From an uncultured Acidobacteriota bacterium (lineage in GTDB: Bacteria; Acidobacteriota; Thermoanaerobaculia; Multivoradales; JAHEKO01), in NCBI GenBank assembly GCA_963713825.1, contig CAVQNG010000014.1, positions 54,366 to 118,365 on the forward strand: 64,000 nt of DNA. The letters are read 5' to 3'. Numbering within the stretch: position 1 is the stretch's first letter; each line of letters begins with the position of its first letter. Under the pieces are notes generated by a model. It was given only the letters and a program-made list of their open reading frames with translations. It was not told the DNA's origin and did no database searches. Below are positions 36,866 through 48,171 of the stretch, one piece after another. The position numbers and the translations under genes were made by a program.

Positions 36866-39628
36866 CTAGAACTCAACCCTCAAGCCCAGCTCGTAGCGGC
36901 GGGGGAGCTGCCATTCGGTGGCGTCGCCTTGCTCGTACTCGCCACAACCGCTGACCCGGCCGCAGATGTCGGTAGCGTTCTCCGAGTCGAAGAGGTTGAG
37001 GACCGTTCCGATCAACCGTAGGCGGGTGCGCCCGAGGTTGAAATCCTTGGAGAGCTGGACGTCGAGCTGGCCCCACTCGTCTCCTTCACGGCTACCACGG
37101 GGCTCGACAAGAATGTTGCCCCAGGCACCTGGATCGACGGTGGCCGCAGGACGGACCGGGGTCCAACGGAAAGGCGACCCCCAGACTCCGTTGAATCCGA
37201 TGCCGAAGTCCAGCGGCAAGAAGACATAACCGCTCGCCTTCAGTCGGTGCTTGCGGTGATAGCCGAGATAGCCGTCACGATTCGTGAAGTGGTAGGGATA
37301 CAGATCGAAATCGGTCGACGCGATATTGCTGTGAGTCGAGCCTTCGGAATTGGAGTTGGTGTACGAGGCCAGCACGTGGAGGCGATCCAGCGCTCGGCTT
37401 TCGAAGCTCAAGAGCCATCCGGTGTAGTCGCGACGAGCCTGGGGAAGATTGGCGATGATGAATCCAGTGCAACTGGTACCGGTTGTAGGTGTCGGGTAGT
37501 TTTCGACACAGGTGTCGTCGAACACGTCGCGTGTGGCCTTGTCGACGTAACTCAGCTCGAGAGAGGTGCGGCGGAGGAGCTCCCTTTCGAAGCCGATGAT
37601 GAAAGTATCGACGTACTGGGGTGTGAGATCGGACGCGATGACAGAGGGCTCTGACCCGACGGTATTGAAGAGTAGCCATCCCGCAGGATCCCAGTGGTTG
37701 GGATCAAAACGCCATTCCAGACCCTGGCTTGCACCCACTGCGGCGCACACCTCGGGATCAGTCACCCCCACGATGGTCGTGCAGGAGCCCCAGATCCTTC
37801 CGGTCTCCACCGCGGTGATCGCCGCGCGCGGCAACTGAAGGAAGCTCGAGTGCATGAAGCGGCCCCCCGATGCTCGAAGAAGATTGCGTCCGTTCCGCGT
37901 CAGGTCCCAGGTGACCCCGAGGCGGGGCTGGAGCATCTGGAGATCCGCCACCTCCTGCCCTATGTCGTTGTCGTAGATCGCGCGGTCCCAGCGAAGCCCG
38001 AGCTGAAGCGTGACATCCGGCCGCACACGCCAGGAATCCTGAACGAACAGGTCGGTGATCGAGCCCGTCGTTTCATAGGGTCCCGAAGGCGACAGGGCCT
38101 GCATCAGGTACGGAATGCTGGTGCCGGAAGCGGATAGATCACCGTACTGGTAGCCTTCCTCGCCTTGCCGACAGAGCCCTCCGCCCTGGATTCCGGTCCA
38201 ACACGTATTCCGGTCTTGGGAGGTTTGGTGAATTTCGCCCCCAACCTTGATGTCGTGGCTGCCCAAGGCTTCATCCACGAACCAAGTGAAATCAGTGCCG
38301 ACCTGGTCCCGTCGGATGCCTGTGGAGCGGAGCGTCAGATAGTTGCCGGTTATGAGTCCGGTGTCGAGGTTGTAGTGCTGTATCAGGGAGTTGTCACCGC
38401 TCATGGGGCCCAATTCGTCATCGACCCAGTCCGAACCGATGTGCATCTCCCAGAGGAGGCTTCGCGCCAAGACCCCGGACACCTCGGCCTGGAAGAGGGT
38501 GTAGGGACGTTCCCAGCGACCCGTCGCCTCGGCAGCCGTGAATGTCCCGGAACCCGCATTGGTACTCTCAAAAGGGGTTCTGAGGTACTTTGCCTGGACC
38601 AACCAGTTCGGAGCCGCCTGACCGGTGATCTTGATGAAGGCCGGGGTGCTTGCCTGTCGCTCCGTGGTGGGGGAATCGAGCCAGGTCCAGCGGTAGTCGT
38701 GCGACTCGAGCGAGCCGAAGAACCAGGCTCGGTCGCGAACGAGGCGGCCACCGAGGGTGACGCCCGCGATGCTCGTGCTCGAAGTCTGTTCGTCGGGATT
38801 GTAGTGATCCCCAGAGGTCTCGAGGTTGTTGTCCGTGTAGCGGATATCGACTGCTCCCGACCAGGCATTGCTGCCGGACTTCGTCAGCGCATTGATGACC
38901 CCACCCGTAGCACGTCCAAACTCGGCTTGGAAGCCTCCCGATTCGAAGGCCACCTCCTGGATGGCGAGGGTTGGGTATCCCACCTGAGGGCCACCCCAGC
39001 TCGGGCTCGTAGCATCGAGGCCGTCGATCAGGAACACGTTCTCTGACCCAGTAGACCCTAAAACGCTCTGGGTGAAGTAGAAACCAGACTCTCCCGCCGG
39101 AAACGTGGAGCCGGTCCCAGCCGCCTGCAGAATCAGCTGTATGTGCGAATAGCGAACGCCTAGGCCGACCGCTGCCTCCTGGATGAAGTCGTTGGTGAAG
39201 CTCTGCCCCGTGGACACTCTCTGAGGATCCACTACGGGTGTCGTTTCGGTGACCGTGATCTCGTCCCCATATCTGGCGAGCGGCAGGACGACCCGCACCT
39301 GAGCCATGCGCTCCAGGCGCACCTGGACCTCGGTGAGCTCCTGGGTGTGGAAGCCGTCGAGCTCGAGGCGCACGGTGAAGTACCCGGGGCTCAGACGGGG
39401 ATACTGGAACCATCCCTCGGCGTCGGTCTGGGTCGTCTGGACTCCGCCGATCTGGTTGGGAGAACTCGCTGAGACCGCGACACCGGGCAGTGGCACACCT
39501 TCCCCGTCGACTACAAAGCCCGAAAGCCGCCCCGTAGTTCCAGCGTGAACGGGTTCGGCCAGGGTCAGAACTACAGCAGCCATTGCGATGATCAGGCATG
39601 CGGATGGGACAGCAGCTCCCGCTTTCAT
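36866..39628 (-). CDS. TonB-dependent receptor with N-terminal carboxypeptidase-regulatory-like domain
   Basis: Start MKAGAAVPSACLIIAMAAV with a GGAAGGAGAG RBS. CarboxypepD_reg-like segment (GRLSGFVVDGEGVPLPGVAVSA...DAEGWFQYPRLSPGYFTV). Plug and 22-strand barrel, with a terminal aromatic (...LGLRVEF). Confidence 0.85.
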   Translation of the reverse strand: MKAGAAVPSACLIIAMAAVVLTLAEPVHAGTTGRLSGFVVDGEGVPLPGVAVSASSPNQIGGVQTTQTDAEGWFQYPRLSPGYFTVRLELDGFHTQELTEVQVRLERMAQVRVVLPLARYGDEITVTETTPVVDPQRVSTGQSFTNDFIQEAAVGLGVRYSHIQLILQAAGTGSTFPAGESGFYFTQSVLGSTGSENVFLIDGLDATSPSWGGPQVGYPTLAIQEVAFESGGFQAEFGRATGGVINALTKSGSNAWSGAVDIRYTDNNLETSGDHYNPDEQTSSTSIAGVTLGGRLVRDRAWFFGSLESHDYRWTWLDSPTTERQASTPAFIKITGQAAPNWLVQAKYLRTPFESTNAGSGTFTAAEATGRWERPYTLFQAEVSGVLARSLLWEMHIGSDWVDDELGPMSGDNSLIQHYNLDTGLITGNYLTLRSTGIRRDQVGTDFTWFVDEALGSHDIKVGGEIHQTSQDRNTCWTGIQGGGLCRQGEEGYQYGDLSASGTSIPYLMQALSPSGPYETTGSITDLFVQDSWRVRPDVTLQLGLRWDRAIYDNDIGQEVADLQMLQPRLGVTWDLTRNGRNLLRASGGRFMHSSFLQLPRAAITAVETGRIWGSCTTIVGVTDPEVCAAVGASQGLEWRFDPNHWDPAGWLLFNTVGSEPSVIASDLTPQYVDTFIIGFERELLRRTSLELSYVDKATRDVFDDTCVENYPTPTTGTSCTGFIIANLPQARRDYTGWLLSFESRALDRLHVLASYTNSNSEGSTHSNIASTDFDLYPYHFTNRDGYLGYHRKHRLKASGYVFLPLDFGIGFNGVWGSPFRWTPVRPAATVDPGAWGNILVEPRGSREGDEWGQLDVQLSKDFNLGRTRLRLIGTVLNLFDSENATDICGRVSGCGEYEQGDATEWQLPRRYELGLRVEF

Positions 39629-39653
39629 CGAGGCTCTCCTTCCAGGTACAGCA

Positions 39654-42600
39654 TCAGGGCCACTCGGGGATCGCGGCCCAGCCGGGGAAGGGCGCGTAGC
39701 CGAGCTTCCAACCAGTCGGGGAGTCGGAATTTTCGACGACTCGAACGTTGGTCCGCGAATGGAGCTCGGCGAGCAGCTCATCATGTGGCAGGGTGTGAAG
39801 GGGTGGTTTAGACATGTCCGGAAAAGGCCAGACTCGCACAGTCCGGTCGTCGCCTACCGAGGCAATCCAACGACCGTCGGGAGACACCGCGATGGTTCGA
39901 ACGAGGCCCCGATGGCCGATTAGTAGGTGCGGTTCCTCTCCCGATACCGGGCCGACTCGCAAGGGACCGTCCAGCCCCCCACTGATGATCCACTGGTCAG
40001 AAGGATGGAGGGCGATCCGGAAGGGGTCTGGATGGGTGTCGAGGCGACGTGTCTCCCTCCCGTCGAGGCTACTCCAGGCAAGGTGGGACCGGAGATCCTC
40101 GGTGCTGTAGGCGTCGCCGTCCCAGTGCACGTCTATTTTGAATTCACCGTTGGAACTGAGTGCCCGTGTCGCGACCATTCCCTCTTCTGCCACTACCTCG
40201 ACACTGTTGTCTTCAAGATCGAAGACTCTCTCTCCACCCGTAGCGCCCGGGACGACCCCCGCGGCCCCGACCCAGCGGAGCCTTCGGTTGTCATCGAAGC
40301 GGAGAAAGGAGGTGCTACCAGGGACCGGTCCCAGTACCTGGACCTTGTTCGTCAGCAGGTCCCAGACACGTATGACCATCTCTTCTGCTGCGCCGTTCAT
40401 CAAGGCGGAAGCTAGTAGACGGCCGTCAGGGCTGAAGTCGAGCTCCATGCCGTAACGACCCCGTCCTGGCCACTCGGCGGGCATCTCTCGAACTTCTCCT
40501 CCCTCGAGCGGAACGATCATCACCGTGGACCAGCTCGAGACCGCCACATTTCTTCCGCTCGGATCGAAGGCCATCGAGGTGAAGCCTCTGAGCCTCTCAT
40601 CAGTGAGCACGCGCATCTTGCCCTCGTTCTGACCTTCGAGCGGCCAGGCAAGCAATCCGTCTCGTCCTACCGATAGCAGAAGCCAACTTCCATCTGGGCT
40701 GAACTGCAGATCACCCGCATTGCCTTCGAACCCATGAAACACAGATCGAGATCGACTGGGCAGGGGCCAGAATGCAGCATTGCCAAGGTAGGCAGAGACG
40801 ACCATCCGGCCACTGGGGTGCAGGGCGACACCGTGTGAAAAGACCTCGTCTGCCTTGCGGAGAACCAGGGGTTCAGCGGCAGGAGGTGCGCTCAAGTCCC
40901 AGAGGCGCACCGAGGCGACGCCTTGCTCCATTCCCCTGAAACCCAGCCACCTTCCGGTCGGGCCATACCCGACCCGGGACCGCACCACGACCCCCTTGAG
41001 GTTGCCCATTGCCAGGGTTCGGAGCGGCCGAGTTGATTCTCCTTCGAGTGACCAGATCTTCAACTCTCCCAACTCATCTCGTGCCGCCACTCGATCCCCT
41101 AAGGGGTGAAACGAGAGCTCCAGAACCTCGGCCGGGTGCTGGCCGACCTGGCGGGGCGCCCGCATCCACTCGTCGAGCGAGCGAATGAAGACCCGGTCCT
41201 GCCTGTTGTAGGCCATCCTCGAGCCGTTGGTGTCGATGTCAAAGGCATTGCCCCAGGCCGGCATACTGCCGATCAGCCGCGACTCACCTTCCTCGTAGGG
41301 CCACCAGCGAATTTCTGCCACCTCCTCATCCACCGAAACGCTGTAGTAACCATCGCCGCTCGGAGCGTGGAGTTGTCCCCGGCTGTCTTCGGCACTGCGA
41401 AGTTCCCTTCCCTCGGGAATGGAGAACCAGCGGAACTCACCCTGCTTCTCGATAATGACCAGGTCATCGAGCGGGAACGCGACTGCCGGTGGATACAGCT
41501 GATTCGGATAGTTGACAAGAGTGATAGCTTCCTTGCCATCTTCGGGAAGCACGGTCACCCTGTCCCACCCGTTGATCGCCAGCCACTCCCCGCTCGGGCT
41601 GAACACGAGGCCAGAAGCCCGAGACTCCTCGTTCGCCGGAAGTACTGTTGCCGGGGGAGCCATCTGGAGCGCACGCAGGGCGAGCATGCGCCCCTCCTCG
41701 GTGTCGAAGACCTCGAGGCTCTTGGTCGCCCAGGCGAGTGCGGCGGTCGGATATCTGTCGATCTCGAGCTCGCCCAGGGCCAGCAGGCGACCGGATTCCG
41801 CCCGGAGACGTTCCTGCTCAGCCCGATGCCAGAAGCCAGCGACAATGGTCAGACCAACAAGGAGAAGAGTAATGACCGTGGTGACCGCAATTCCTTTCTG
41901 CCGCCTGCGGCGCTCAGCAAACGAGGTCATCGCCCTCGCGAAGGCCTCCTCGGTATCCGTCAGTCCACCTGGGTAACGCTCGCGCCAAAGCTCGTACTCC
42001 TTGAATGCGTTCCCGGTCCAGAGATAGTCCTCGGAGCGGCGGTGCTCCTCCCAGATCCGGGCCTGGCTGCGAAGCTCGTCGCGAAGCTGTGCTCCTTCGG
42101 CGTCTTGTGTCTGCCATCGCACCAGCCGCGGCCAGTTTGAAAGCAGGGACTCGTGGATGATCTCGATGCGGTGGTGCAGCCCACCGCCTTCCTCGTCGGC
42201 AGGGACCTCGAAGGAGGTGAGGAGGCGAGCGTCGATGAGGGTGGACAGGACGCTCGCCGCTGCGCTGCGAGACCCCGCGCCAGCGGTGCCCTGTTTGTCG
42301 AAGACCGAGAACAGCTCCTGGCGGTCTCGAGAATCGCGGGTGCCCTCGGCGGTGACGAGATTGCGAAAGATCTCACGCACAATCGGCACGTTGGCTTCGC
42401 CGATGTAGTCGAGAGTCGCCTCCGCATGCTGAGCCAGGGCCCCACTCACGCCGCCGATTTGGTGGTAGCTCTTGCGAGTCAGGAGTCCGGTCTCGCGGTC
42501 GCGGCGGTCCCAGAGCTGGGCGGCGGCAAACGCGAGCAAGGGCAGGGCACCACGCTGGCCTTCGATCTCGCCCAGCATCTGCTCCACGATTCCTTCGTCC

Positions 42601-44210
42601 TCGAAGCCGTAGCCGCACCGCAGGGCTGGCTCGACCAGAGCCCGCCGCAGAGCTGCCCCGGTCGGAGCACCCAGGAGTGTCAGATCCGTGAGGATAGGCC
42701 GCAAGGCCTCGAAGTGATGACAATGGAACAGAAAATCATCCCGCATCGAGAGCAGGACGTGAATGTCGACTTCGAGGGGCAATCGACCCAGCACATCGGC
42801 GAACGATGACTGTACTATTGCAGTGTTCTGGGTGAAGAGCTCTTCGAATTGATCGACGATGAGGAGCGCGTGCGTGTGACTTCGACGCCACTCGGTCAGC
42901 AACTCGACCGCGACGTCGGGATCCTCGAGGTGTTGCAGGAGGTAGCTTGCGCTCGGCACATCGCGTAGCTCCACGGGCAGTGCTCGAGCGAGGTGGTCGA
43001 ACGGTCGGTTCCCTGGAGTCATCACGAGCGCTTGCCAGCCGTCGATCAGCGTGGGTAGCAAGCCCGCCCTCAGGAAGGAACTTTTTCCAGCACCTGAAGG
43101 CCCGATGAGAGCGAGCAGATGAGGCCGCCTAAGCTTCTTCCACAGCGATTCGATTTCCAGCTCTCTGCCGTAGAAGTGATCCGCATCCTCCTCTTGGAAG
43201 GCTGCCAATCCCGGATAGGGGCGGGCCTGTTCGTCACCGACGGCTCGTAGAGTCACCTCCTCGAGGGCTCTGGCCAGCTCTGCCGCGCTCGAGAAGCGTT
43301 CGCCGGGAGCCGGCGTAGCACACCGACGAATCACGCGTGACCAGGGGGTCTCGGTCACATGGGGTCCTTCCTGATGGAGTGCCTCCCAGATCGCTTGTCG
43401 ATCCTCGAAGGTCTTGACCCCATGCGGTTCAACCATCTCCGCCAGAAGGATGCCGGCTGAGAAGACATCCGAGCGGGCATCCAGATCGGCGCCCCGGGCT
43501 TGCTCGGGGGACATGTAGGGCGGTGTCCCGGCTACGAAACCACTTCTGCTGTCGCCAAGGCCTTTGGTGATGCCGAAGTCCATGACGACGACCCGGCCGG
43601 TGCGGGTCATCATGACGTTCTCGGGCTTGATGTCGCGGTGCACGAGGCCGGCATCGTGAATCGCTTCCAGTCCCGCCAGGAACTGCGAGGCGATCTCTCG
43701 GGCTTCAACGAGGTCCAGGGGAGAGCGCTCCTCGAGAATCTCCTGGAGCGTCGTCCCATCGATGTACTCCATCAGCACCAGCTCCTGGCCGTCGAGTTCC
43801 TCGAGATCGTAGACGCGGCAGACGTTGGGTGAGATCACTCGGCGTGCCGCTCGGACTTCCTTGCGCAGGGCCTCGAGCGCTTCCCTGTTCTGGATCAGCT
43901 CGGGGCGCAGTGCTTTCAGTGCCACATCCTGACGGAGCTTCAGGTCGTAGGCTCTCCAGACGTCACCCATGCCGCCTCGCCCGACAAGCGAGCGAAAACG
44001 GTAGCGACCGCCGAGGACTCGGCCTTCCTGGAAGGTGTCGCCTGGAGGGAGGTGCTCTCGGTCTACTTCCGACTCCGCCAACACCTCGGCCTCGATAGAG
44101 GTGTCGTCGAGTGCCATCGAAAGAAGGCAGCTCGGGCACAGTCCTTCGCTACCACCCTTCCTCGAAAGGGGTACCCCACATGTCGGGCACTGGACCGATG
44201 CGGCCTTCAT
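39654..44210 (-). CDS. Multidomain Ser/Thr protein kinase: Zn-ribbon, Pkinase, nSTAND P-loop NTPase, TM helix, WD40-type beta-propeller
   Basis: Start [16 protein letters not shown]...CPSC with a GGAGAG RBS. Kinase motifs [12 protein letters not shown] and [23 protein letters not shown] followed by [14 protein letters not shown] (Walker A). One TM helix ([19 protein letters not shown]). C-terminal WD40/PQQ-like repeats. Confidence 0.85.
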   Translation of the reverse strand: MKAASVQCPTCGVPLSRKGGSEGLCPSCLLSMALDDTSIEAEVLAESEVDREHLPPGDTFQEGRVLGGRYRFRSLVGRGGMGDVWRAYDLKLRQDVALKALRPELIQNREALEALRKEVRAARRVISPNVCRVYDLEELDGQELVLMEYIDGTTLQEILEERSPLDLVEAREIASQFLAGLEAIHDAGLVHRDIKPENVMMTRTGRVVVMDFGITKGLGDSRSGFVAGTPPYMSPEQARGADLDARSDVFSAGILLAEMVEPHGVKTFEDRQAIWEALHQEGPHVTETPWSRVIRRCATPAPGERFSSAAELARALEEVTLRAVGDEQARPYPGLAAFQEEDADHFYGRELEIESLWKKLRRPHLLALIGPSGAGKSSFLRAGLLPTLIDGWQALVMTPGNRPFDHLARALPVELRDVPSASYLLQHLEDPDVAVELLTEWRRSHTHALLIVDQFEELFTQNTAIVQSSFADVLGRLPLEVDIHVLLSMRDDFLFHCHHFEALRPILTDLTLLGAPTGAALRRALVEPALRCGYGFEDEGIVEQMLGEIEGQRGALPLLAFAAAQLWDRRDRETGLLTRKSYHQIGGVSGALAQHAEATLDYIGEANVPIVREIFRNLVTAEGTRDSRDRQELFSVFDKQGTAGAGSRSAAASVLSTLIDARLLTSFEVPADEEGGGLHHRIEIIHESLLSNWPRLVRWQTQDAEGAQLRDELRSQARIWEEHRRSEDYLWTGNAFKEYELWRERYPGGLTDTEEAFARAMTSFAERRRRQKGIAVTTVITLLLVGLTIVAGFWHRAEQERLRAESGRLLALGELEIDRYPTAALAWATKSLEVFDTEEGRMLALRALQMAPPATVLPANEESRASGLVFSPSGEWLAINGWDRVTVLPEDGKEAITLVNYPNQLYPPAVAFPLDDLVIIEKQGEFRWFSIPEGRELRSAEDSRGQLHAPSGDGYYSVSVDEEVAEIRWWPYEEGESRLIGSMPAWGNAFDIDTNGSRMAYNRQDRVFIRSLDEWMRAPRQVGQHPAEVLELSFHPLGDRVAARDELGELKIWSLEGESTRPLRTLAMGNLKGVVVRSRVGYGPTGRWLGFRGMEQGVASVRLWDLSAPPAAEPLVLRKADEVFSHGVALHPSGRMVVSAYLGNAAFWPLPSRSRSVFHGFEGNAGDLQFSPDGSWLLLSVGRDGLLAWPLEGQNEGKMRVLTDERLRGFTSMAFDPSGRNVAVSSWSTVMIVPLEGGEVREMPAEWPGRGRYGMELDFSPDGRLLASALMNGAAEEMVIRVWDLLTNKVQVLGPVPGSTSFLRFDDNRRLRWVGAAGVVPGATGGERVFDLEDNSVEVVAEEGMVATRALSSNGEFKIDVHWDGDAYSTEDLRSHLAWSSLDGRETRRLDTHPDPFRIALHPSDQWIISGGLDGPLRVGPVSGEEPHLLIGHRGLVRTIAVSPDGRWIASVGDDRTVRVWPFPDMSKPPLHTLPHDELLAELHSRTNVRVVENSDSPTGWKLGYAPFPGWAAIPEWP

Positions 44211-44287
44211 GGTCTCTCTCCCATCCTCGGCCGTGGGCATCCACGGTCGTCAGGCTCGAGAGAAATAGACCGAAGCCAGGCTAGGTG

Positions 44288-45016
44288 TTACTTCACTTGG
44301 CCTGACTGGGGTTTCACGACTTCCAGGAGATGCCGAATCTCATCATCGACATCATCGGGGTCGGCGACGATCTCTGATATTTCGGTGCGCAGGCACTGGC
44401 CGAAGCGCTTTCGAAGGCGGTGGACGGCGGTTCTCACCGCCCCTTCGTTCATACCCAGGGCATGGGCGACCTGGTTGTAGGGTGCCTGAGGCTCCGCGCT
44501 GGTCAGGTACTGCCTGAGCAGTTCGAATTGGTTCGGATCGCCGTAGGCATTTGACTGATCGCGTAGGCGATCCATAGCGCGGTCGAGTACAGTCAACGCC
44601 CAACCCTCCTCGAAGACTTCCTCCGGTGTGCGACTGGCAGGCTCGCCCTCGTAGAACTCCTCAGCGACGTCGGTGGCCAGAGACAGTACCCGGGTCCTGC
44701 CACCACGCTTGAGAGTTCGGTCCCGTCTTCGCTCGTGTGCGAGGAAGTGACGGAGAGATGCCAGCAGGAAGGAGCGAAATCGACCTTTCGACGGATCGAC
44801 GTTAGCCAGGAGATCCTTCTCCATGAGCTCTGTGAAGAAGCCTTGCGTCAAATCCATGGCTTCGTCGGGACTCGAGCCATGGTGCCGGATATAGGCGTAG
44901 AGGGGCTGCCAGTAGGTCTGGCAGAGGCTTTCCAGGGCCGCCCGCGCTTCCGTGTCGGAACCGTCTCTGGCGGCGAGTACCTGGCTCCACTGAGTCGTGG
45001 CCACCTTGCCGCTCAT
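44288..45016 (-). CDS. ECF-type RNA polymerase sigma-70 family factor
   Basis: Region 2 (DLTQGFFTELMEK...FRSFLLASLRHFLAHERRR) and region 4 HTH (QVAHALGMNEGAVRTAVHRLRKRF). Directly upstream of the kinase on the same strand. Confidence 0.8.
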   Translation of the reverse strand: MSGKVATTQWSQVLAARDGSDTEARAALESLCQTYWQPLYAYIRHHGSSPDEAMDLTQGFFTELMEKDLLANVDPSKGRFRSFLLASLRHFLAHERRRDRTLKRGGRTRVLSLATDVAEEFYEGEPASRTPEEVFEEGWALTVLDRAMDRLRDQSNAYGDPNQFELLRQYLTSAEPQAPYNQVAHALGMNEGAVRTAVHRLRKRFGQCLRTEISEIVADPDDVDDEIRHLLEVVKPQSGQVK

Positions 45017-45335
45017 GCTCCCTCCCGTAGGAGCAACCGAAACAACAGTCTGGACGAGCTCGCACCGCGAGGCCGTCCGCAGAGTCAGCTTGGTTCTTCG
45101 GACCCGTCAAGAGTACAGGAAGTCCTTTCAAGAAGCACTACCTGTCGAGGTAGGAATAGGTACGTCCTTGCACCGACAAGGGGGTGACCGATGGTTCTAG
45201 TTGCTCGGAGCAGCGCCGGCGGTAGCGGCCTCGTGGTCTAGTGCCATGTTGGTGACGTAGGTTGTGGTTGACAATTCCGGATCATGGCACTGCCGCCGCT
45301 ACCGCCAGTGTACTCGTGAGTGAATGCCCGCCGCC

Positions 45336-46283
45336 TCAGTCGGAGGGTGATCGACAATCGCCGTCAAGAGGCTTCACGTCAGCGTCGTGTACAGAGAAAC
45401 AGCTTGGCGTGGTGGCCCCTGCCACAGCACCATCCAGCTGCGAATGGAGCAGGGACGCGACCCCGTAGTTGCAGATCCCTCCCCTGATCTCCGAGCTTCG
45501 GACTGTCATTGAGCCAAGGGTCCCAACTGTAATCGCACAGGCTTCTCCGAGAACTGAAGTCCGCTGCAGCCCAGTCAGGCCGTAGCCCAGGATGCCTTGT
45601 GATCCTGGGCCGTCGGCAACGATTATCGAGTTCCTGACTTCGAGAACTGACTCGGCTGAAAAAGCGACGATGCCGTAGGAGCCGCGTTCATCGCTTGTGG
45701 CCAGCAGCGTGACGCCATCTAGGACCGCCGTTGATCTGGCGATTCTGATACCAGAGCCCCAGCCTGAGGTCGGAGCGATCTCAATCGTCACATGCTTGAG
45801 GTATGTTGGTCCCGCGTACCAGATTTCGATACCCCGTGGTTCGTGGCCCGAGGCTCTGATCGTGACGTCAGAAACGGATGCGGATTGACCGGAGCCTACC
45901 CACAGGACCCTCTCGCAGGAAGCGGCACCTTCGAGGGTGAGTGATCGGAGCTCCGCGTGACTGGAACCGCTGATGGCGTAGTCTCTACCTGAGACGATTT
46001 TCGTCAATGCCTCGCCTGCGCCCTCAATGTCAACGAAAGGCTTCATGTCGATTTGTTCTTCATAGACCCCGGGTGCCACGTACACCAGATAGGGGTTGTC
46101 CTCCGTCGCATCTGTGATGCTGTCGAGTGCCGCTTGTATGGAGTGGAAGGCTGCACCGTTCTTTGCTACCTGGATGATGTTGTTCGTGCCGCCCCACTTG
46201 TTCCAGAGCTGTCCTTCGACCGTCGCGGCACGGAGGAGCAGCAGAGTAATGACGATCCCTGTCCTCAGTCGATGGTGAATCAT
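45336..46283 (-). CDS. Secreted right-handed beta-helix (pectin-lyase-fold) protein, pectinesterase-like N-terminus
   Basis: Signal peptide. IQVAKNGAAFHSIQAALDSITDATEDNPYLVYVAPGVYEE resembles the CE8/pectate-lyase N-terminus. Gly/Ser-rich beta-helix turns. Confidence 0.6.
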   Translation of the reverse strand: MIHHRLRTGIVITLLLLRAATVEGQLWNKWGGTNNIIQVAKNGAAFHSIQAALDSITDATEDNPYLVYVAPGVYEEQIDMKPFVDIEGAGEALTKIVSGRDYAISGSSHAELRSLTLEGAASCERVLWVGSGQSASVSDVTIRASGHEPRGIEIWYAGPTYLKHVTIEIAPTSGWGSGIRIARSTAVLDGVTLLATSDERGSYGIVAFSAESVLEVRNSIIVADGPGSQGILGYGLTGLQRTSVLGEACAITVGTLGSMTVRSSEIRGGICNYGVASLLHSQLDGAVAGATTPSCFSVHDADVKPLDGDCRSPSD

Positions 46284-46343
46284 GATCTGTCCTCCTTCGC
46301 TGTGATCGGTGCTGATTGGGCACGACGAGATAAGCTAGCATCC

Positions 46344-47303
46344 TCACTCGAGAATTGGCTGACAATGCTCGTCCAGAGCGCTCATTTTGGGGCCGCAGGT
46401 GGAGAAGCAGGAGACACTGTCCCCAGACACATGATCCGTGAGCTCCGAGTGGGAGATTGCAACGTCCTCCCCGAGCCCGGTGGCAATCGCTCCACTGATC
46501 TCTGAATGCTTTATCTTCAGCGCCCCATAAGACCCGACGGCCCAGCTGTCTCCAGCAACCGTCACATGCTTCAGAACGGCCGACGAGCCTCCGGCGAAGA
46601 CGCTGATGGACGCCGGTTCACCCTCGACGACAATGCTCGAATTCGTCATCTCGAAGTCGTCCCGAAGGTAAACACCGGTGTTGGTGCATTCGTCATTCGC
46701 AACCAGCATCGAGAGGTCGTCAAACAGCAGAACAGGCGTGCAGCCCAACATGCATCTGCCAAGAATGCCGTTGCCACGACACAGGCCTGACTCCGGAGTT
46801 GGGACTACCGCTACCGTCACGTCCTTCAGAGTCAGATCTCCGCAACAGGTACCAATGCCGGTGGCCCATCTGCCGGACGCCTTGATGGTGACGTGAGTGA
46901 TCTTCAGAGCAGCCCGGTTGTCGATCGCGGTGCAGCTGTCGATTCCGGTGCATTCAACAGTCAGCGATCGCAGCGCCGCGTCGGCGCCCTTGAGGGTTCT
47001 TGGCCCCGCGGAGACAATCCTCGTAAGGTGCTCGCCGGCGCCCTCGATGTCCACGAAGTGCTTCATGACGACCCGCCCTGCGTAGACTCCGGGTGCTACG
47101 TACACCAGATAGGGGTTGTCTTCACTTGCATCCGTGATGCTGTCCAGGGCGGCTTGAATGGAGCGAAAACCCCGGCCGCTCTTGGCGACGATGACGATTT
47201 GATCGGTCATGCCCAATCGGTTCACCAGCTGCCCATCGGCGTTCAGGGCGCCGAGCAGCAGCAAGACAGTGAAAGCTACGATGAGTGATCTGTTCTGGGT
47301 CAT
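46344..47303 (-). CDS. Secreted right-handed beta-helix protein (paralog of preceding gene)
   Basis: Start MTQNRSLIVAFTVLLLLGALNA (ATG, 15th codon of the track ORF). Shares IV.AK.G..F.SIQAALDSITDA.EDNPYLVYVAPGVY and HVDI.GAGE..T.IVS with the neighbor. Confidence 0.6.
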   Translation of the reverse strand: MTQNRSLIVAFTVLLLLGALNADGQLVNRLGMTDQIVIVAKSGRGFRSIQAALDSITDASEDNPYLVYVAPGVYAGRVVMKHFVDIEGAGEHLTRIVSAGPRTLKGADAALRSLTVECTGIDSCTAIDNRAALKITHVTIKASGRWATGIGTCCGDLTLKDVTVAVVPTPESGLCRGNGILGRCMLGCTPVLLFDDLSMLVANDECTNTGVYLRDDFEMTNSSIVVEGEPASISVFAGGSSAVLKHVTVAGDSWAVGSYGALKIKHSEISGAIATGLGEDVAISHSELTDHVSGDSVSCFSTCGPKMSALDEHCQPILE

Positions 47304-47651
47304 ATTGGCCCTCCTTCCTGGTCGTCCACTAGAAGAAGGCCGCAACCAACAGATTCGTTACACCCCGGTCAACGAAGTTGCCCCGCGGACCAACGCACTG
47401 GAAGCAAGTGCGCGCCACCACGAACAATCGCGCCGGCTCATCGGGTCAGACAGATCGAGAGGCGAGGACAGAAGTCCTCTTCGGGACTCTAGTTCGGGCG
47501 AAGTCGGCACCGAACCGGTCCTGTGGAGCTTCCTGGAAGGGTCGGCGGCGCAGCAGAACCGCCGGCTGGCTCAGGGCTTGGGGGATGGAGCCGTTTCCCG
47601 AAGTTTCCGTTCAGCGAGGGTGAGAAGGGAAGTTCAAGATCGGAATCGAGA

Positions 47652-48053
47652 TCACCGTTTCCGCAGGACGCTCTCGAGGCTCCAGATCCCAGACCCCTTG
47701 GTGGCGATGTACAGAAACAGGAACGCGTAGAGGGCAGCCAGCTCTCCCCGATTCTGGATGGGAAGGGGACCTTGGGGTTGGTGCACGAGGAAGTAGGCGA
47801 AAGCCATCAGACCGCTGGCGAGAAATGCAGCCCAGCTCGTCCCGATACCCAGCAGGATGGCAAGTCCACCAACCAGCTCGATGATGCCAGCCACCCCTCC
47901 TCGTGACACGAGCTCGACCGTTCCGCCGTCTCCGCCCGCCCCGCCGAATAGGCCGAGGAGCTTCTGCGCACCATGGCAAAGAAAGAGAAATCCAGCCACG
48001 ATCCGCAGCATCGCATAGGTCTGGTCCGAGTACTTTCCGAGGAATCTCTTCAT
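47652..48053 (-). CDS. DoxX-family membrane protein
   Basis: Start MKRFLGKYSDQTYAMLRIVAGFLFLCHGAQKLLG with a GGGAG RBS. Four TM helices. The longer track ORF is a read-through across repeat B. Confidence 0.75.
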   Translation of the reverse strand: MKRFLGKYSDQTYAMLRIVAGFLFLCHGAQKLLGLFGGAGGDGGTVELVSRGGVAGIIELVGGLAILLGIGTSWAAFLASGLMAFAYFLVHQPQGPLPIQNRGELAALYAFLFLYIATKGSGIWSLESVLRKR

Positions 48054-48171
48054 TTTCGACTCCCTGATCTCTTCTACTCCTACCTTGTTAAAGTCCGCCC
48101 CCAGTTTCCCATAAGTGACCGGGAGGTCCAACCAGTTGCTGCTCAACCGAATGGTGTGAAGAGGTCTCGAC

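Noticed and set aside
38568-39599. 343-aa alternative-frame ORF inside the TonB-dependent receptor gene, and 41106..42140 antisense to the kinase
   Set aside because: Overlap strongly supported genes and have Arg/Pro/Gly-rich composition.
39654-44210. Calling the STK-STAND-WD40 protein an antiviral STAND (Avs-like) defence gene
   Set aside because: The architecture is reminiscent of Avs proteins. Even so, tight coupling to an ECF sigma factor upstream, a TM helix with an extracytoplasmic propeller, and a downstream TonB-dependent receptor fit envelope signalling better. Kept only as an alternative in the findings.
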